A stretch of DNA of 63,889 bases, from NCBI GenBank assembly GCA_051294375.1, contig CM119263.1, forward strand, positions 27,378,375 through 27,442,263. Direction: 5' to 3'. Positions within the stretch are counted from its first letter, which is position 1. Each line of letters opens with the position of its first letter. Made by a program: the position numbers and the translations under genes. Below are positions 38,044 through 54,383 of the stretch, piece after piece. The DNA comes from Paraspadella gotoi (taxonomy: Eukaryota > Animalia > Chaetognatha). Under the pieces are notes generated by a model. It did not search any database and had not been told where the DNA came from. It worked only from the letters and a program-made list of their open reading frames with translations.

Positions 38044-38126
38044 CGACAGCCGCTTCGGCAGCGTCGGCGGCATCGTCGACGGCGGCGGCAGCTGCTCTGG
38101 CAGCATCGTCGGCGGCGAAATCTCAG
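38044..38126 (+). CDS. Candidate 3' end of an upstream (robo 5') exon; its 5' part is lost in the 755-N gap 37289-38043
   Basis: GC-rich, codon-like stretch ending in CAG|GTAATC and followed by AT-rich intron-like DNA. The phase-1 reading DSRFGSVGGIVDGGGSCSGSIVGGEIS+G would join 45657 as ...[14 protein letters not shown]. An Ala/Ser-rich phase-0 reading (TAASAASAASSTAAAAALAASSAAKSQ) is also open. No homology evidence. Confidence 0.35.
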
Positions 38127-39568
38127 GTAATCCGATCGGAGCGAGAATCAGCACATTCCGTTATTTTCTATCCAGATCGCTCTTTATTTTTTTCTTCATT
38201 TTTTATTTCAATTTTTTTTTTTTCATTTTTATTTCATTATTCTATTTCTACTAACCCTTTCTCTCTTTTGTCTTCGTTTGATATGAAATTGGTACAACCA
38301 ATATAAAAATTATCCATTCATTTAATAAATAAGCTATCTTGCCCCTGACTTTGGACAGGCTTTGGTCGTTTAAGGCTTCCATCACTCTTACAAGATAATG
38401 ACATAGCAGGTCCCTGCAAGCTTTCAAACAAGACTCTCTCACAGTCTCGTTTATTCACTCCCAGAGTAATGGCTTCCCTATCAATGAAGTGGTATATTAT
38501 ATCTTACTTTTTTCTTTAATACTAAAGCTTTACTCGTTATAGTTTATTTCTTTCTGCTTCCCTTTTTCTTTCTCGTAAAATCAGAATTTTCATTTTCTTT
38601 TTCTCTCTTTTCTTTCTTCTTCTTCTTTTTTCGCTTCCCTTTTGTTTTCTTTTCATTTCCTTCTTCGTTTTCTCGATGTTTTTTCTTCTAATTTTTTTTT
38701 CGACCCTCAAATCTGTGATCCTTCGCTTCTGCCGCTGCCGCCGCCGCCCTCGCCGCTGCTGCCGTCACTACAGCCGCTGCTGCCGCCGCTGATATTGTTA
38801 TTGTTGTTTTGGTTGTTGTTGTAGACTTAAAACTTGCCTGTGCTTTGGCGAAACTTCGCTAAAACTCACTAAACTCTCTCTCTCTNNNNNNNNNNNNNNN
38901 NNNNNNNNNNNNNNNNNNNNNNNNNNNNNNNNNNNNNNNNNNNNNNNNNNNNNNNNNNNNNNNNNNNNNNNNNNNNNNNNNNNNNNNNNNNNNNNNNNNN
39001 NNNNNNNNNNNNNNNNNNNNNNNNNNNNNNNNNNNNNNNNNNNNNNNNNNNNNNNNNNNNNNNNNNNNNNNNNNNNNNNNNNNNNNNNNNNNNNNNNNNN
39101 NNNNNNNNNNNNNNNNNNNNNNNNNNNNNNNNNNNNNNNNNNNNNNNNNNNNNNNNNNNNNNNNNNNNNNNNNNNNNNNNNNNNNNNNNNNNNNNNNNNN
39201 NNNNNNNNNNNNNNNNNNNNNNNAAAAAAAATAATCGCCATTGAAAACATTTACGTTTATGAAAGCGAGGAAAGGATTCCGGGGTCTTGAGGGTCCGCCA
39301 CCTCCCCTCTACTCCGCCCCCCTCCCCGCGTCCACACCCCTCTTCAATTTCCCGCCATCATTCCTCGCCCGGTTTCGACTTTTTTTTTAAAACCCTCGGA
39401 GGCAAAAATCGGTGGGAGTCCATACCGATAGGAAGCGAGAGGGTCCAGGACCGCGCGCTTCTCTGCTCGCTCATCTCGCTCTCTCGCTATCTCTCGCTTT
39501 CTCAACCTTCGGAGAGAGGGGAGAGGATAGAATGAAATTCAACCAATTTAAAAAACTTTTGCGCCTCG

Positions 39569-39649
<81 letters not shown>

Positions 39650-40925
39650 GAGAACGATAAGAGATAGAAGAGATAGAGGGAAGGAGAGGTATTTGAAATC
39701 TGTATTGTATGAAAAAAACTTCACGATTCGTGGAGAGGAAGATAGAGAGAGAGCGGAAAAAAAAGGTTTTGTTGAAATAACTTGTGTTTGTAAGAAGAAG
39801 AATTGAGAAAAAAAAATCTTACTAAAACAAAAGCAGATTTTTATTGTTGATTGAGAAGGGAAAAAAAGTCAGGAATCGGTCTTTGGTTATGCCAGTCATT
39901 ATTTTGAGTTCAACTTTTTCTTTCTTTTTTTAGTTTACATTGAATTGTAAAAACGGAAAAGGTTCTATATAATTAATTTAAATTTTGCCCGCGTCATTCA
40001 TTTTAAATCATTCATCGTTCATCTTAAATCATTCATCATTCATCAAAGGACGATCGATTTCCCTCCCCCCTCTTCGGTCAACACGATCTTCTTCTTCTTC
40101 TTCCTCTTCCTCCTCCTCCTTCTCCTCCTCATCCCATATTGTCTCTCCCTTTTCTCTCCTGTTTATCTTCGCCCTCGGGGTCAAAAACTTTCGCCGACGA
40201 CAAATCAAATTTAAAATCGTGTTCCGCGCGCGCGGCACTGCGTGCCTGCGTGCCAGACGCGCGTGCTACGTGGCGATAAGCGCGCGGTTTCGCGGCGACA
40301 GATCGCTCCCAGTTCAAACAAACCGGCGTTGTGGCCAATGTCTCTGACTACGCCGCCGCCGCCGCCGCCGCTTCACGGGCTCTTTCAAAATCATTCGCTT
40401 ATTATTTACAGAGTTTACGAAATGTTTACGTTTGAAGAGAAAGTTTACTCGGCTCTCCGTTACGTCTTTCGTTTCGCGGGATTGAATAGCGCATATCTTA
40501 GCAACTCGGGGCGCGTATCACCATATGGACGGGTGTGTGTACTGGTCTTTTTCGTCGTCGTCGTCGTCGGCGTCCTCGTCTTCATCGTCAATAAGAAGAG
40601 AATCTACAAAATTGTTGACCAAACTCAGATCAGACCGAACTTCCGCGACACGATGACGAAGTCTTCTTAATCCGTTTAAGGACATTTCGCTTCAGGACAA
40701 AGTTAAGTCCGTTTTAGTTTAAGACAAAATTTTTCCTCTACATGATTTAAGGTTTGTCCGTTTTGCTCGTTTCGGGGACAAGGTTTGCCCGCTTCTAAAA
40801 TAAGTTTGTCCGCTAAAATTAAATGACGATGACGATGATGCCGAAGACGATGACGATGACCTCGATCGAAGGACTCGCAAAGTCGGGAGTAGCATGACCC
40901 GAAGACAAAGATCATCCGTGGCCAC

Positions 40926-40964
<39 letters not shown>

Positions 40965-40965
40965 T
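40926..40965 (+). repeat. (GAC)n trinucleotide microsatellite; similar GAC/GTC tracts at ~5580, ~6975, ~35690 and 54337-54383
   Basis: Seen directly. Confidence 0.95.
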
Positions 40966-41736
40966 GTTTGTATGAATATCCGCATCTTAATGGGAGACTC
41001 TGTTGATCAAAGGATCAACGCGTCGAATAAAACTTATTTACGAGGACGAAATCGATTCGGGCGGGTTTTGAGGGGGGGTGAGGGGGGGGGAAGAGAAAAG
41101 GGGGAGAGGGGTGTGGGTAAGTAGAAAGAGTGATGAAAGAGTGGGGTAAAGCGGTAAAGTGAGGTGTGAAGCGATTGAAGGTGAAAAAGTAAAAAGGAGG
41201 GAATCTAACTTGGGTTGCCAATGGGTTGGGAAAAACAAAACTGTGATTATTTAAAGAAGAAATATCTATCGTGTGCGTGGTGGATCCAAACGGGATGGTG
41301 GTCTTCTGACCATAGGCATAGTGTAAATAAGATTGTGAAATTTGACTATCTAGACGTTGTCGGTTGTGAAGCTTAGGAAATTCTCGATAATTTTCGTCGC
41401 GAGTCGCTGTTGATTCTAGAGTTAACGACTCAAGCGAAGACGATCGTAATTTAGGATCAAAACGGAATCGATCCCCTGACCTTCGTTGTCGACAGACGCC
41501 GAATATTCTTGGATCTTTACTAATTCTGTTTTTCTTTTTTGGTCCTTTCCTTTTTTTTCTTTCTAGTTTTCGTTCCTTTTTCTTCCTTAAGTCTTGAGTC
41601 ACAAAGCGGACACATTCGAACGAAAATGGATTCACGGAATAGAATCGAGTCACGAGTCTTGACCGATCACCATGAGGCTCACGTGAAAGAAAGGGTTATG
41701 TTAAGGAAACTTACAAAATGTTTCTTTCTTTTTTTC

Positions 41737-42503
<767 letters not shown>

Positions 42504-42828
42504 GTCGACGATTGAACTTTTATTTTCGCATTCCAAACTCACTTCTTCCTACTTCCTTTCACTCATGTGTCTTTCATGCTTTCACTCTTCTCACCCCGGG
42601 CTCGACGCACTGTTTTTAAATGTCTCTCTCTCACTCTCTCACTCTATCTCTATCTCTCTTCTCTCCTCACCTCTAACCTACCCCCTCCCCTCTGAATTGA
42701 GGGAACCTCCTCCGGTTCTCACCCTTGAAGGAGACAGTAGCCAGAGTGATGGATGCATGACAACTGATTACTTCCCATAAAGAGACCGGTCTACGAGAGA
42801 GAGAAAGAGATAGAGAAAGTGAGAGAGA

Positions 42829-42862
<34 letters not shown>

Positions 42863-43378
42863 AGAGAGAGAGAGTGAGTGAGTGAGAGAGATGTGAAAAT
42901 ATCTGTGGTTGGCGCACCTTGAATGAGAAGCGCGAAATAAAGGCGACCTAAATCTCGTTAAAAAAAGAAAATCGTTAAAAAGAAAAAAGAATTTTCGCTT
43001 TTCTAGCGTAAAATCGATAACGATTTAAATTTTGACTATTCTCTTCTTTTTAACTTTTTCGTTGTCTTTTATTTATATTTTATCCTTTTTCATTCACCGT
43101 GAGCCTTTTCTCTCTTTTTCATGCTGACTTTTCACTGTCACTTCACAGACGCATTAAACTTTTTAGCTCCACGTTAACCTATTGTTTACTTTCTCTCACA
43201 CGTTTGAAAGGTTTTGCATAACACCTCACTATTTGTAAATCTTCCTCAACCCCCAATCGCATTAAGTTCCCCACTCCCACTTATAAATCCTCTCACACAT
43301 TTCACTCCGCCAACGCCAACGTCTCTGGCTCACGCCCAACGCCTCTCACGTCAACCCGTGGCGCGCCGAGATTCCCCG

Positions 43379-43512
<134 letters not shown>

Positions 43513-44042
43513 TCTGTGAGACAATCACGTGACAAATTAAAATTCCCCGCGTTTTCCTCTTCAAGTTTAACGTTTCGCTTCTTAGACGAAGAAGATTTTT
43601 TTTCTCTGCATAATTTTTTTTTCTTTAACTGTCGTTATTTTTTCCTTTAATTTTATCTCATTTAAAATAAGAAAAAAATGAAATATATTTTTCCCTAAGA
43701 ACTTCTCTGTCAAGATAACGAAATTACATTTTTCCTAATTAAACTTAAGTTACAATGAAAAATTGTCTCGTCGCAGATTTTAATCTTTTATGAATAACTA
43801 ACAATATAAAATTCGGTTCCAATGACTGCGCTGGAATTATTACTGGTTAAAACTGAGATAAGAGGTCTCAGGAAGGGTTAGAGGGTACGTGGGGTCGAGA
43901 AGGGGGGTAAAAAAAAAGGTTTGGCGGCAGAAAAGGTGAATCGAAAAATATTAAATTCGATCGAAAAATTTCGGATCTTGAAAATTGCAGGAAATGAATT
44001 TCATTTGGGGAAAAACATCCCCGAGGAGAGAGCAGGAGAGTG

Positions 44043-44091
<49 letters not shown>

Positions 44092-44102
44092 AAGAGAGAG
44101 AG

Positions 44103-44141
<39 letters not shown>

Positions 44142-44662
44142 AGGTTAGAATTTATACTTTGAGATCGGAAGTGACTGGCACATGACCCGCCCATGGTTCT
44201 TGGTCTATGGTTCGCCGGCCATGAAGATGTAAATCAAATTAAATCAAAACAAATCTTTGGGAGAGAAAATTAAACTTAAATAGTAAATTCGAGTTTAAAT
44301 TCTGACTACAATTTTTTTTGCAAATTTGAACTTTTTTGGCAAGCCACTTATTAATATTCAGAGTTTCCATCTCTGAAAAAGATTTTCCCAAGATTTTTTG
44401 CTTAATTTTTGGTATTTTTTTAAAAAAATCATTTCATTTTATTGACGTTAGATACGTTGTGTTTAGGCTGGAAAGAGGAGAGACGATGAAAAGATAGGAA
44501 GAAAAAAGGAAACAAAAAGAGAGAAAAGATAAGAAGATAGAGAAGTGAGTTCGTCTGCCAAGATAGGGGAGACGAAAGAGGTGAAGTGAGTCGTTTCACC
44601 GGCGACTACCTTTTTCGCTTCGAGTCAAATTTAGAAAATTCGCGTTTGCTTGAGAGAGAGAG

Positions 44663-44700
<38 letters not shown>

Positions 44701-45656
44701 GCCGGAGTCGTCGATGTTTGTCAAATTTGGCGTTCATTACAGAGAAATTCCTTGATCCTGATTGTCTTAGAAAAAATTCCTGGCTGCAGATTGTTTTCTT
44801 AGAAATTCTTCCTAGTTGGAGTCTGATGTAAATTCTCGGTTGAACAAAATTGCGCAGAATGTCAATAATTAGTCAATAATTTAAACTGTTTAAAAATTAA
44901 AAATCGTGATTGAAACTTTGATCGTTCAAAACGTTACACAACGGACAATAGTCGTATAAAGAAAATATCATCGCAAATCAAACATTTTACACATATATAT
45001 ATTGTCTCTTAAACGCGGGTAAAGACAATATATAAACAAACTAAACACACATCGAATGAGATAACAAAAAAAGGACGCTCAACAAACAAGAGCGGGACTC
45101 AGTGCCTCACACAAACAGTTCTCTCGATCCGGGAACTTAGAAAGACCAAAGGGGATTTAAGTGGAGGAGGCAGCGCGAAAAGAACTTTTCAAGAATTTCC
45201 GCTGTAGCGCGAAGGGGGGAGCAGGGGGGAGGGCTGGGGGTTGTGGAAGAGAGGGGTGGGGGGGTGGAAGATGAAGGGGGGGAGGCCGGTGCCTCCGCGG
45301 GTGTTCGTCTCGGTTCGTCGATTTGAAATTTCTACTTCCACCTTTTCGTCTAGGTCGTTCGATTTTACATATACATCGATTCTTTGTTCGTTCGTTTGTT
45401 CGTTTGTTCGTTTGTTCGTTCCTTCGTTCCTTCGTTCCTTCGTTCCTTCGTTCATATATTTATTTATTCATTATTCGTCAAGAAAAAGCTCATCCTTAAA
45501 ATTTAAAAATCACTTAGCTCATCCTAAAGATACTTCGGAATCCATATCCCTTTCCCCTCATTTCATTCTCTAACTTTTCACGCTCTCACGACCATATTTA
45601 ACTAATGAATCCCTCACACCCTTCCATCCCCCAACCCCGTTCCCCCTCTTCAACAG

Positions 45657-45841
45657 CCCAAGTCCCGCCCCGAATCACGGAACACCCTTCCGACGTGGCG
45701 GTGGCCAAGAACCAACCCGCCACGCTGAGCTGCAAGGCGACGGGGAAGCCGCAACCGGCCATCCACTGGTACAAGGACGGCTACAGGGTGACGCCCAATC
45801 AGCATCGATCCCTGCTGGCGGGGGACCTCGTCTTTCTCAAG
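45657..45841 (+). CDS. robo: Roundabout-family receptor, Ig1 domain N-terminal exon (phase 1 start, phase 0 end)
   Basis: Translates to (A)[61 protein letters not shown]. This aligns by eye with Robo Ig1 as I recall it (human ROBO1 [39 protein letters not shown]...HRMLLPSGSLFFLR). A pyrimidine tract and CAACAG acceptor end at 45656, a CTAAT branch-like motif is at ~45602, and the donor is AAG|GTAAAG at 45842. GC3-rich codons contrast with the flanks. Confidence 0.92.
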
Positions 45842-46210
45842 GTAAAGCGGGTGGGGAGAGGGGGTGGAAGAGGGTCGTTGATATGGGAAGTTGATTATAA
45901 TTCGAAGCTTTTTAGTTATTTTATTTTTGCCTATATATCGTACATTAGGCAGAGGGAAAACATTTTGAAAATCTTTTTGACTTTTTAAGAGTTATTTAAT
46001 TTTTTTTTTTCGTCTTAATGTTTTTCATTGCGAGCTGATAGTTTCTTTTCAGCTTCTGGCTTAAAAAGTTTGTTAATGTTTGGTTTGTTTATTTTTTTTT
46101 TCTTTTTTGTCATGATCAATCATCGTCGAATATGCGTAGTTATTTCGTAGATTTCTTTGAAACAAAAAACAATCCAATAACATCAATCAATCAATCGTCC
46201 TTCCCCACAG
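45842..46210 (+). other. robo: 369-nt GT-AG phase-0 intron within Robo Ig1
   Basis: Begins GTAAAG and ends TCCTTCCCCACAG. Removing it joins ...LVFLK to VIHQR... in frame and restores the Robo motif FLKVIH. Confidence 0.9.
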
Positions 46211-46316
46211 GTGATCCACCAGCGAAACCACAAACCTGACGTGGGTCGATATTACTGCGAGGCGGTCAACCCTTACGGACGCGCGGTCTCCAACAACGCC
46301 ACCCTAGAGATTGCCA
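46211..46316 (+). CDS. robo: Roundabout-family receptor, Ig1 domain C-terminal exon (phase 0 start, phase 1 end)
   Basis: Translates to VIHQRNHKPDVGRYYCEAVNPYGRAVSNNATLEIA, containing the Ig D-x-G-x-Y-x-C motif and the Robo-type AVS.NA.LE.A domain end. The donor is A|GTGAGT at 46317. A phase-1 boundary at a domain end is typical of Ig exons. This exon is too short to appear in the ORF track. Confidence 0.92.
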
Positions 46317-46333
46317 GTGAGTACATGCGAAAC

Positions 46334-46381
<48 letters not shown>

Positions 46382-46453
46382 TGATGGTTGACTCTTGTTG
46401 TCTCTCGCGCCTTTCAACAGTCGAGTCCTTTGTTTATTCTTAGCTCTTTCTAT

Positions 46454-46484
<31 letters not shown>

Positions 46485-46496
46485 AAAGAGAGGAGA

Positions 46497-46970
46497 GTGA
46501 GAAAGGGCGGAGTTCACAACCGGACGGAAAATAAAAGCCTTAGACGAGCCGAGGTCGAGCTCGGTATCCGGGAGATAAGTGTACTATAAGAAGATTTCCT
46601 GGCTTCTTTAAGTCTTTGGCGATAAAAAATGGAAGAAAAGAGAGAAAGAGAGAGAGAAAGTAAAGAAAGTAAAAAAGAGAGAAATAAATAAATAAAAATA
46701 ATAAATAAGATAAATAAATAAATAAATAAATAAAATAAAAAATAAATAAAGAAAAGAAAAAAGAAAGAAAGAAAGGAAAGNNNNNNNNNNNNNNNNNNNN
46801 NNNNNTTCTTTCTTTCTTTCTCTCTCTCTTTCTCTCTTTCTTCATTTTTTATCGCAAAGACTTAAAGAAGCCAGAAATCTTCTTATAGTACACTATCTCC
46901 GGATTACGAGTCGACCTCGGCTCGTCTAAGGTTTTATTTTCCGTCGGTTGTGAACTCGCCCTTTTCTCAC
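46497..46970. repeat. Small inverted duplication (~160-bp arms) around a 25-N gap in the robo intron
   Basis: 46497-46655 (GTGAGAAAGGGCGGAGTTCACAACC...CTTCTTTAAGTCTTTGGCGATAAAAAAT) is an indel-noisy reverse complement of 46825-46970. The gap 46781-46805 lies between the arms. Confidence 0.85.
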
Positions 46971-46971
46971 A

Positions 46972-47061
46972 GGGTCACCTTACCCTTTGGGTCACCTTAC
47001 CCTTTGGGTCANNNNNNNNNNTGGGTCACCTTACCCTTTGGGTCACCTTACCCTTTGGGTC
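46972..47061 (+). repeat. 17-bp tandem minisatellite (GGGTCACCTTACCCTTT)n, collapsed across a 10-N gap
   Basis: More than two perfect units lie on each side of N 47012-47021, with no spacers. Confidence 0.9.
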
Positions 47062-49754
47062 GAGTCGAAAGATCAGCCTTCGCTTCCTTTTATTTGTGTA
47101 TTTCTATATAATTCGGCTTATAATTTGTTTGTTTATTCTATTTACCCTATTTATATTAACATCTATGGCCTCCGCATGTTCAATCAGACTTATTATTTCA
47201 GCCGCGATTTTTCATAAGACCCAATATAACCTAAACCCTCCTTTCTTTTGCTTCTTCTTCAACTCTACTCTCTCCCGATTCAACTTCCTCTCTCTCCCTC
47301 TCACCCCTTTCTCCCTCTTGTTTATTTGCGGCGATCCGAGGTTCACCTCTGCTTCCGCCGATAACAACAACAACAACGACCAGGGGGCGTGACCGTGAGA
47401 TCCGTGAGACTTTTGCGTCGGAGAGATTTCTTTTCGGGTCCTCGTGTTAGAAGGAAAGAGGGAGGGTGAGTCGAGAGTGAGGGCTTTCGCGAAGGGTGAG
47501 TCACTTTCGGTTGAGAAGGAGAGATCGAGTGGGTGAGGACGAGTGAAAAGGATTTTAGGATGGGTGAGGTTAGGATAAAAGGGTAAGTTCATTATTTCGA
47601 GTGAGGAAACGAAGTGGGAAGGAATGTAAAAAGGAAATGTAGTACAGCGTTATCTGCGGAAAGTGTTGAGGAGGTTGAGTAGCGATAAAGTGGTTTCGAG
47701 TTCGAATGTGTAGACTGGATAGTGACTAAGAGTGTAAAAGTGGAGAGTAAACATTTGAGTTAAGGAGTGAGTAAAGTTGTAGAAAAAGCAAGCGAGTTTT
47801 CCACTTAATTTCGGGTAAGTTTCCTATCGAAACCCGACGGAGGGGAAATGGATCCAGATTCGCAGGTGCAGGTCACGCAGGTGCAGGTCAAAGTTCGTAA
47901 TCCACTCATCGGAAAATCAAACNNNNNNNNNNNNNNNNNNNNNNNNNNNNNNNNNNNNNNNNNNNNNNNNNNNNNNNNNNNNNNNNNNNNNNNNNNNNNN
48001 NNNNNNNNNNNNNNNNNNNNNNNNNNNNNNNNNNNNNNNNNNNNNNNNNNNNNNNNNNNNNNNNNNNNNNNNNNNNNNNNNNNNNNNNNNNNNNNNNNNN
48101 NNNNNNNNNNNNNNNNNNNNNNNNNNNNNNNNNNNNNNNNNNNNNNNNNNNNNNNNNNNNNNNNNNNNNNNNNNNNNNNNNNNNNNNNNNNNNNNNNNNN
48201 NNNNNNNNNNNNNNNNNNNNNNNNNNNNNNNNNNNNNNNNNNNNNNNNNNNNNNNNNNNNNNNNNNNNNNNNNNNNNNNNNNNNNNNNNNNNNNNNNNNN
48301 NNNNNNNNNNNNNNNNNNNNNNNNNNNNNNNNNNNNNNNNNNNNNNNNNNNNNNNNNNNNNNNNNNNNNNNNNNNNNNNNNNNNNNNNNNNNNNNNNNNN
48401 NNNNNNNNNNNNNNNNNNNNNNNNNNNNNNNNNNNNNNNNNNNNNNNNNNNNNNNNNNNNNNNNNNNNNNNNNNNNNNNNNNNNNNNNNNNNNNNNNNNN
48501 NNNNNNNNNNNNNNNNNNNNNNNNNNNNNNNNNNNNNNNNNNNNNNNNNNNNNNNNNNNNNNNNNNNNNNNNNNNNNNNNNNNNNNNNNNNNNNNNNNNN
48601 NNNNNNNNNNNNNNNNNNNNNNNNNNNNNNNNNNNNNNNNNNNNNNNNNNNNNNNNNNNNNNNNNNNNNNNNNNNNNNNNNNNNNNNNNNNNNNNNNNNN
48701 NNNAGGAGAATGCAAGAATAGGTGGGTGGATCGTAGGATGCTTGGAGAGATCAGTTTGTGAATTGATGAATTCACAGATGCGAGAAATGAAGAGTTTGTG
48801 AACGTAAAGATGCAGAAAGTGAGAAAGTGGTCGTTGTTGCAATAGAAATTTGTCTGGGGTAAGATTTAATTTTGGATGGAAAATGGAAATTGGGAGAAAA
48901 CTTTGGTTATTATTGGTTAATGGTTTATCGGTTATCAATTGCGAAGATGACAGGATGACAGGATGACAGAAAGAAAGAATTAAAGAAAGTTAAGACGAGA
49001 TCTCAAAAGGACACATGAAAGAATCAAAAAGGAGCAAAGTTCAACCTGGATGTTTATCTTTCAAACGGCGTCAGTCTTTTGTTTTGATTTTGTTAAACTC
49101 AAAAAAAGTTTTTTCCATACGAAAACAAAAAACTTAAAAAAAAAAAGAAAAAAGAAAAAAAGTTTGTAGTTTGCGATGCTGAGCGGATATCGAATCAGAA
49201 AGGAACTTGCAATACTTTTTGGGATCCGGAGTCGGACTTTGCTTTTCATATTATTTCCAATAAAGCGAAAAAAAAGGGGAAAGGAAATTTTTCGGGGTTG
49301 ATAAATCTGNNNNNNNNNNNNNNNNNNNNNNNNNNNNNNNNNNNNNNNNNNNNNNNNNNNNNNNNNNNNNNNNNNNNNNNNNNNNNNNNNNNNNNNNNNN
49401 NNNNNNNNNNNNNNNNNNNNNNNNNNNNNNNNNNNNNNNNNNNNNNNNNNNNNNNNNNNNNNNNNNNNNNNNNNNNNNNNNNNNNNNNNNNNNNNNNNNN
49501 NNNNNTACTGCCTGTTTCACAACCGCGCCCATAGCTTCGACTGTCCGATGCTGATAAAGCAGAACGAGTTTCTTGTTTCCCCTTTCCTTTCTTTTCGTGT
49601 TTCCCTCTCCTTTCTTTTCCTTTCTTTTCTTTTCTTTTCTTTTTTCCCTTCTTATTTCTGTCCTCGACCCCCTTCCAGAACCCCGCCTCCTCCCTCTTCC
49701 ATCCCCCTCGATCCCCGGGAACTCTTTCTTTATTGAGATTCGAACGGCGCAGAC

Positions 49755-53256
<3,502 letters not shown>

Positions 53257-54334
53257 GGCGACTTCCTTCTTAAAGTTAAACAATGAGAGGAACAAAGATT
53301 TCGATTCCACTAAAAAAAGAAAAACGAAAACCTGAATTTATTTTTTTTTTAGTTGAAAATTTGATTCGATTCGATTCGAGGCCAAAAAACCTAAATTCGT
53401 TTTAATGTTTACGGAAGTTTGATCCCGGTAGTATCGTCGCTCTTCTCCCTCTCTATCGTCTTGCTCTCTCTCTCTTTTTCAGACGGCTCTTTTTCACAGC
53501 TGCTGCTATCGGTCGAGAAAAACCTGTCCACAGCAATGAGCAAATTCAGTTGCTTGAATCAAATAAATATATGACTTGATTGTGTGTGTATATTTTATTT
53601 TAAAGTTTTTTTTGTTTTTTTTCTCACACCGAAATATTTTTNNNNNNNNNNNNNNNNNNNNNNNNNNNNNNNNNNNNNNNNNNNNNNNNNNNNNNNNNNN
53701 NNNNNNNNNNNNNNNNNNNNNNNNNNNNNNNNNNNNNNNNNNNNNNNNNNNNNNNNNNNNNNNNNNNNNNNNNNNNNNNNNNNNNNNNNNNNNNNNNNNN
53801 NNNNNNNNNNNNNNNNNNNNNNNNNNNNNNNNNNNNNNNNNNNNNNNNNNNNNNNNNNNNNNNNNNNNNNNNNNNNNNNNNNNNNNNNNNNNNNNNNNNN
53901 NNNNNNNNNNNNNNNNNNNNNNNNNNNNNNNNNNNNNNNNNNNNNNNNNNNNNNNNNNNNNNNNNNNNNNNNNNNNNNNNNNNNNNNNNNNNNNNNNNNN
54001 NNNNNNNNNNNNNNNNNNNNNNNNNNNNNNNNNNNNNNNNNNNNNNNNNNNNNNNNNNNNNNNNNNNNNNNNNNNNNNNNNNNNNNNNNNNNNNNNNNNN
54101 NNNNNNNNNNNNNNNNNNNNNNNNNNNNNNNNNNNNNNNNNNNNNNNNNNNNNNNNNNNNNNNNNNNNNNNNNNNNNNNNNNNNNNNNNNNNNNNNNNNN
54201 NNNNNNNNNNNNNNNNNNNNNNNNNNNNNNNNNNNNNNNNNNNNNNNNNNNNNNNNNNNNNNNNNNNNNNNNNNNNNNNNNNNNNNGGGGGGGAATTTTT
54301 CAAATTAAGATTATAAAAAAACCCACGGGGTCTT

Positions 54335-54383
<49 letters not shown>

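Noticed and set aside
45605-45988. The 127-aa ORF taken as a complete single-exon protein
   Set aside because: Its first 17 codons and everything after 45841 are intronic. Ig homology continues in the 46211 exon.
46497-46970. Intronic hairpin regulating robo splicing
   Set aside because: One arm is an insertion-noisy version of the other and a 25-N gap separates them, the same artefact signature as elsewhere in the window.
46972-47061. CRISPR array or telomeric repeat
   Set aside because: Head-to-tail units with no spacers, in a eukaryotic intron and without cas genes. The unit is not TTAGG/TTAGGG-like.
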